64,000 bases of DNA from Squalus acanthias (taxonomy: Eukaryota), in NCBI GenBank assembly GCA_030390025.1, contig CM059432.1, forward strand, positions 41,914,001 to 41,978,000, given 5' to 3'. Numbering within the stretch: the first letter of the stretch is position 1; each line of letters begins with the position of its first letter. Under the pieces are notes generated by a model. The model saw nothing but the letters and a program-made list of their open reading frames with translations, did not search any database and had not been told where the DNA came from. Below are positions 60,338 through 64,000 of this stretch, piece by piece. The position numbers and the translations under genes are program-made.

Positions 60338-60640
60338 AATAGCAAAATACTGCGGATGCTGGAAATCTGAAACAACAGAAAATGCTGGAAACACTCAGCA
60401 GGTCAGGCAGCATCGTGGTGAGAGAAACAGAGTTAACGTTTCAGGTCGATGACCTTTCGTCAGAACTGGAAAAAGTTGGAGAAGTAACAGATATTTAAGC
60501 AAGTGTAGGGCAGGGAAAGGGGGGAGGGGAGGAAAGAACAAAAGGGAAAGGTCTGTGCTCGGCTGGAAGGCAGGAGAGATTAAAAGACAAAAGGGATGAT
60601 GGTGCAAGGCAAAAGGAGATGGTAATGGGACAAGTTAAGA
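60338..60640 (-). mobile_element. Penelope-like pLTR fragment (third copy)
   Basis: Reverse complement colinear with 1420-1710 and 40830-41089. Confidence 0.85.
60431..60467 (-). ncRNA. Minimal hammerhead ribozyme motif, sense to CIBAR1 pre-mRNA
   Basis: Minus strand AGUU-CUGACGA-A-AGGUC-AUC-GACCU-GAAA-CGUU-AACU. Confidence 0.82.
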
Positions 60641-60870
60641 AACATGATCTACCCGCACCCGATCAAAGTCGTGCAGGCAGCACGCAAAATTCATGCTGCC
60701 TGTTCATTTACATGATTGGAGCGCTGAGCTCAGCCCTAAACGTGCTGCTGGCTGGGCGCTCAAGAAGGGGGCCAATATCAGGTGCAGTCTACTGTCCAAT
60801 AAAATTTTGCCTAGGCTCTCTCCACTACATAAAAGGGAGGTGCTTTGTTGCAGATTGTCGCTCCAAAGCC

Positions 60871-62795
60871 ATGGCTCAACAGGGAATAGAAAGAGCAAGG
60901 ACATTCTCTGATGCAGCACTGGAGACCTTGGTCCTGGGGATACACAGAAGACAGGTCCTCTACCCGCAGGGGGGCAGGAAGCCTTCCACACAGAATACCA
61001 GAAGACAGTGGGAGGAGATAGCAAAGCCATCAGTGCCACCAGTATTGCCCCCAGGTCCTGGATCCAGTGCCGCAAGAAGTTTAATGACCTCACACGAGTG
61101 GTCAAGGTGAGTGAATGCATCTTTAAATGCCATATCCCACCAACTGCACCACTAGCCTCACACACTGCTTGATGCACCATGCCCCCACCACTCACCTACC
61201 AATAATCGCTACCAAGTACGACTCATACCTCAGTCATAGCTTCACCTCACACACTTACCACTGCTGCATGCCTCACACCCACATCTCCCACCTTGCACAC
61301 ACTGCCAGCTATTCAACCATAACACATCACCTAAACATACTGCACCACTCACCGACACACTTTCCTTTCTCTTGCAGGCCAAGGTGGTGTATAACAGATG
61401 TGAGCAGCAACAGACAGGCGGAGGGGAAGCATGTCTTCAAAACCTCACTGGAGGAGACGGTGCTGGAGATAATTGGAGGGACAGTCACTGAGGCCACGGT
61501 TGAAAGCATTGCTGATGACGGTATGCTCATACTTAATCCTTCTTCTCACATCCCACTTCCCCCTTATGGCACAATCTCTTCTCACTTACAAGCGGCTGAT
61601 GGCATAAGCATGCACATCTTGCTTTACCCCCTCCCCTCACCACAACCCGACTCTCGTGCCTTTCTCCTTTCAGATACCCTAGAACTGCCAGCAGCCCAGC
61701 CTGTCCCCGACCGAGTAGAGGTGAGTGAAGGAGAAGAGGCACCGTCACTCGATCTGACACTCCCAGGCACCAGCTCAGAAAATGGCACTGCGCGTACGAT
61801 AAAGGGTAGTATAGAGGTGGCCATCTGCACGTGATGAGCCACCGGGCACAAGTGAGCTGCAGCCAGGCCAGGGGGGAAAAGGGTAGCTTGGGTGCCAGCT
61901 CCCCGGAGGGCGAGTTCGCGCACACGTTCTGCTGCACAGGACTCAGCTGATGACTTAAATGGGGCAGCCTTCAGAAGAAAGGTGATGGGCATGCGCACAG
62001 AAATGCTTGGTGCAATGGCAGACCTGCCAGAGAGCCTCTTGTCACGGTCAAGGAGCATGGAGGAGTCCAACGGCTCCAACATTGCATGGAGCTTTGCGCG
62101 GAGCTTAGAGCCCATGATTTCCAGGATGGAAGTGATGGGCAACTCTATTAGAACAATTGTGGATCCAACCATGATGCTGGGTGTGATGGGCGATGTCAAA
62201 GCTTCCATTGCAACACAAGCGGAAGCAACCCAACGTTGCACTGGAATCTCAGACTGCTCTCATGCAGGCTCAGCTTGCTGCCACGCAAGCTCAGATTGTT
62301 CTCATGCAGTCTCAGCTGGCTACCACACAAGCTCAGACTGATGCCATCGTGGCTGGGTTTACGAGTGTGAAAAGGGGCTTGCAGGGTCTCACAGCAGTTC
62401 AGCAATCTGTGCTCCAACAGATGGCTAGGAATGCTGAAGCATCACCCCAGGGGAGTGGCAGTGGCTCTGTGGGGCAAGAACCTGCTGTCCCCTCTCAGGA
62501 TGACAGGGGTGGCAGTCGTACTCCCACCCATGCCACTCCGCCAGTGTCCTTGCTGCTGTCTGTCAGCCAGCCCGGACTGCTGCCACCCATGCCAAGGTGG
62601 TGCAGTCTACAGCTGGGCTTTCTGGGCCCAGAGTTGCTTGAGGTCATCCTGCAAGGCCATCTGCAGTCTCTCCCAGGGAAAATCAGTAGCCTTCCACCAG
62701 CTATGCTGCAGCTCTTGGGGTAGCACTGCGTAGGAGCACCAGGATTGGTAAAGGAACACGAAAGACAGACACTAAGGGAATGGACAAAGGTGATT
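60871..62795 (+). pseudogene. Harbinger Myb/SANT-like DNA-binding gene (3 exons: 60871-61106, 61378-61520, 61674-~62795), frameshifted
   Basis: MAQQGIERARTFSDAALETLV...QWEEIA...RSWIQCRKKFNDL (Myb-like/trihelix). Splice sites aag|gtgagt, ttgcag|, acg|gtatgc and tttcag|. Confidence 0.8.
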
Positions 62796-62959
62796 AGCTG
62801 ACCTGGTTATGTAGTTTTGGATTGATTAATTTATGTTTGGAATGTTTGTTTTGTGGTGGCTCTCATTTCAGCTTTGTGCCCAAGAGGACGCTGTGTTGTT
62901 CCGTGACAGCGGGATGGTAAGGTGGGGAAGTGTTGAGCAACGGGGATCTGGGGTTTCAT

Positions 62960-64000
62960 TAAGGGGGAGACTGGATTCTGATGAGGTGCTCATGGACAGC
63001 CCGTTCGGAACAGGGATCTGCTGCTTGCCTCCTCCCTTCCTCCTCCTCCTCCTCGAGGTCGTCGCGGAACCCATGGTGGCAAGAGCTGCACCCTCATAAT
63101 GGCCAAGTTGTGGAAGATGCAGCAGATTTCCACGAAATGGGACACCTGCTCCGACGTGTACTGGAGAGCTCCTCCCGAGCAGTCAAGGCAGCGACACCAC
63201 TGCTTTCGCACCCCGATGGTCTGCTCGATGAGGTTCATCATAGCAGCATGGCTCTCATTGGTGAGGTTGCGGAGGGGAGTCATCAGCCAGGTGTAGAACA
63301 GATAGCCCTGGTTTCCAAACAGCCACCCTCACTTTCGACGTGGTGGCTGGAAGATTGCTGGCACACCGGACTGCTGCAGGAAGGCATCATGACTGCTGCC
63401 AGGATACCAGGCATTCACCATCATGATGTGCTGGGCATGGTTGTACACTAGCCGCACATTAAGTTTGTGGTAGCCTTTGAAGTTGCGGTACATCTCAGGA
63501 TTGATATGCGGTGCCCGCTAAGCCACTTGTGTGCAGTCGATGGCGCCCTGAGCCATGGGGAAGCCCGATATCCTGGCAAAGCCACTTGTACGCTCCTCCT
63601 GCTTCTCTCTGTTCAGAGAGAAGACAATTAAGTCCCTTCTCCTAGAGTACAGAGCCTCTGCGATCTCCTGGGCAGCGAATTGGGAGATGTTAGCTATGTC
63701 TCCTGCTCCAGACTGGAAGGATCAGGTGGCGAAAAAAATTGAGGGTCACGGTATCCTTGAGGGCCACTGGCAGTGCCAGCGTCGCTGTGCTCTGAAGGTG
63801 AAGGTCTGGTTCCAGGAGGTGGCAGAGTTCTGTGACCACCTCCTTGGTGAAGCGGAGCCTCCGAATACACTGCTCTTGGCTTAAGTGCAGGTAGAAATGC
63901 TCTCGAAAGACCCTAGGTGGGTAAGGCCTCCTGCCCCTCCTTCTCCTCCCTCTGCGAGCAGCTTGTTTTCTTTGCTGCCTCTGCTCCATCTCCCGGTCAT
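62960..64000 (-). pseudogene. Harbinger transposase pseudogene, convergent with the Myb-like gene; runs off the window edge
   Basis: RRPYPPRVFREH...CIRRLRFTKEVVTELCHLL; GFPMAQGAIDCTQV; YPGSSHDAF; NLIEQTIGVRKQWCRCLDCSGGALQY...CCIFHN, with stops and frameshifts. Confidence 0.9.

Overview
Eukaryotic (vertebrate) genomic DNA. The repeat content (CR1, L2, Deu-domain SINEs, Penelope-like elements, Harbinger transposons and MITEs) points to a cartilaginous fish; this is an inference. Two convergent host genes are present. On the + strand is an RBM12B-type gene with a single coding exon (ATG 4068 to stop 6290, five RRMs) and its 5' end at the window start. On the - strand are the last exons of CIBAR1/FAM92A (57009-57113, 47739-47852, 44623-44742, 29827-29931, plus a candidate 6-nt microexon at 58789-58794). 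Most of the rest is transposable elements, often nested. The most unusual signal is a LINE family (best copy 36287-39779) whose single APE-RT ORF sits directly behind a tRNA-derived SINE head with Pol III A/B boxes. Its sense strand is almost devoid of TTTT Pol III terminators, it has no in-frame AUG before the endonuclease, and a SINE at 28900-29312 looks like its internal-deletion derivative. Together these suggest a Pol III-transcribed autonomous retrotransposon. Four minimal hammerhead ribozyme motifs from Penelope-like elements are also present, two of them sense within host introns. Repeat boundaries were read by eye and are approximate unless TSDs or TIRs are quoted.
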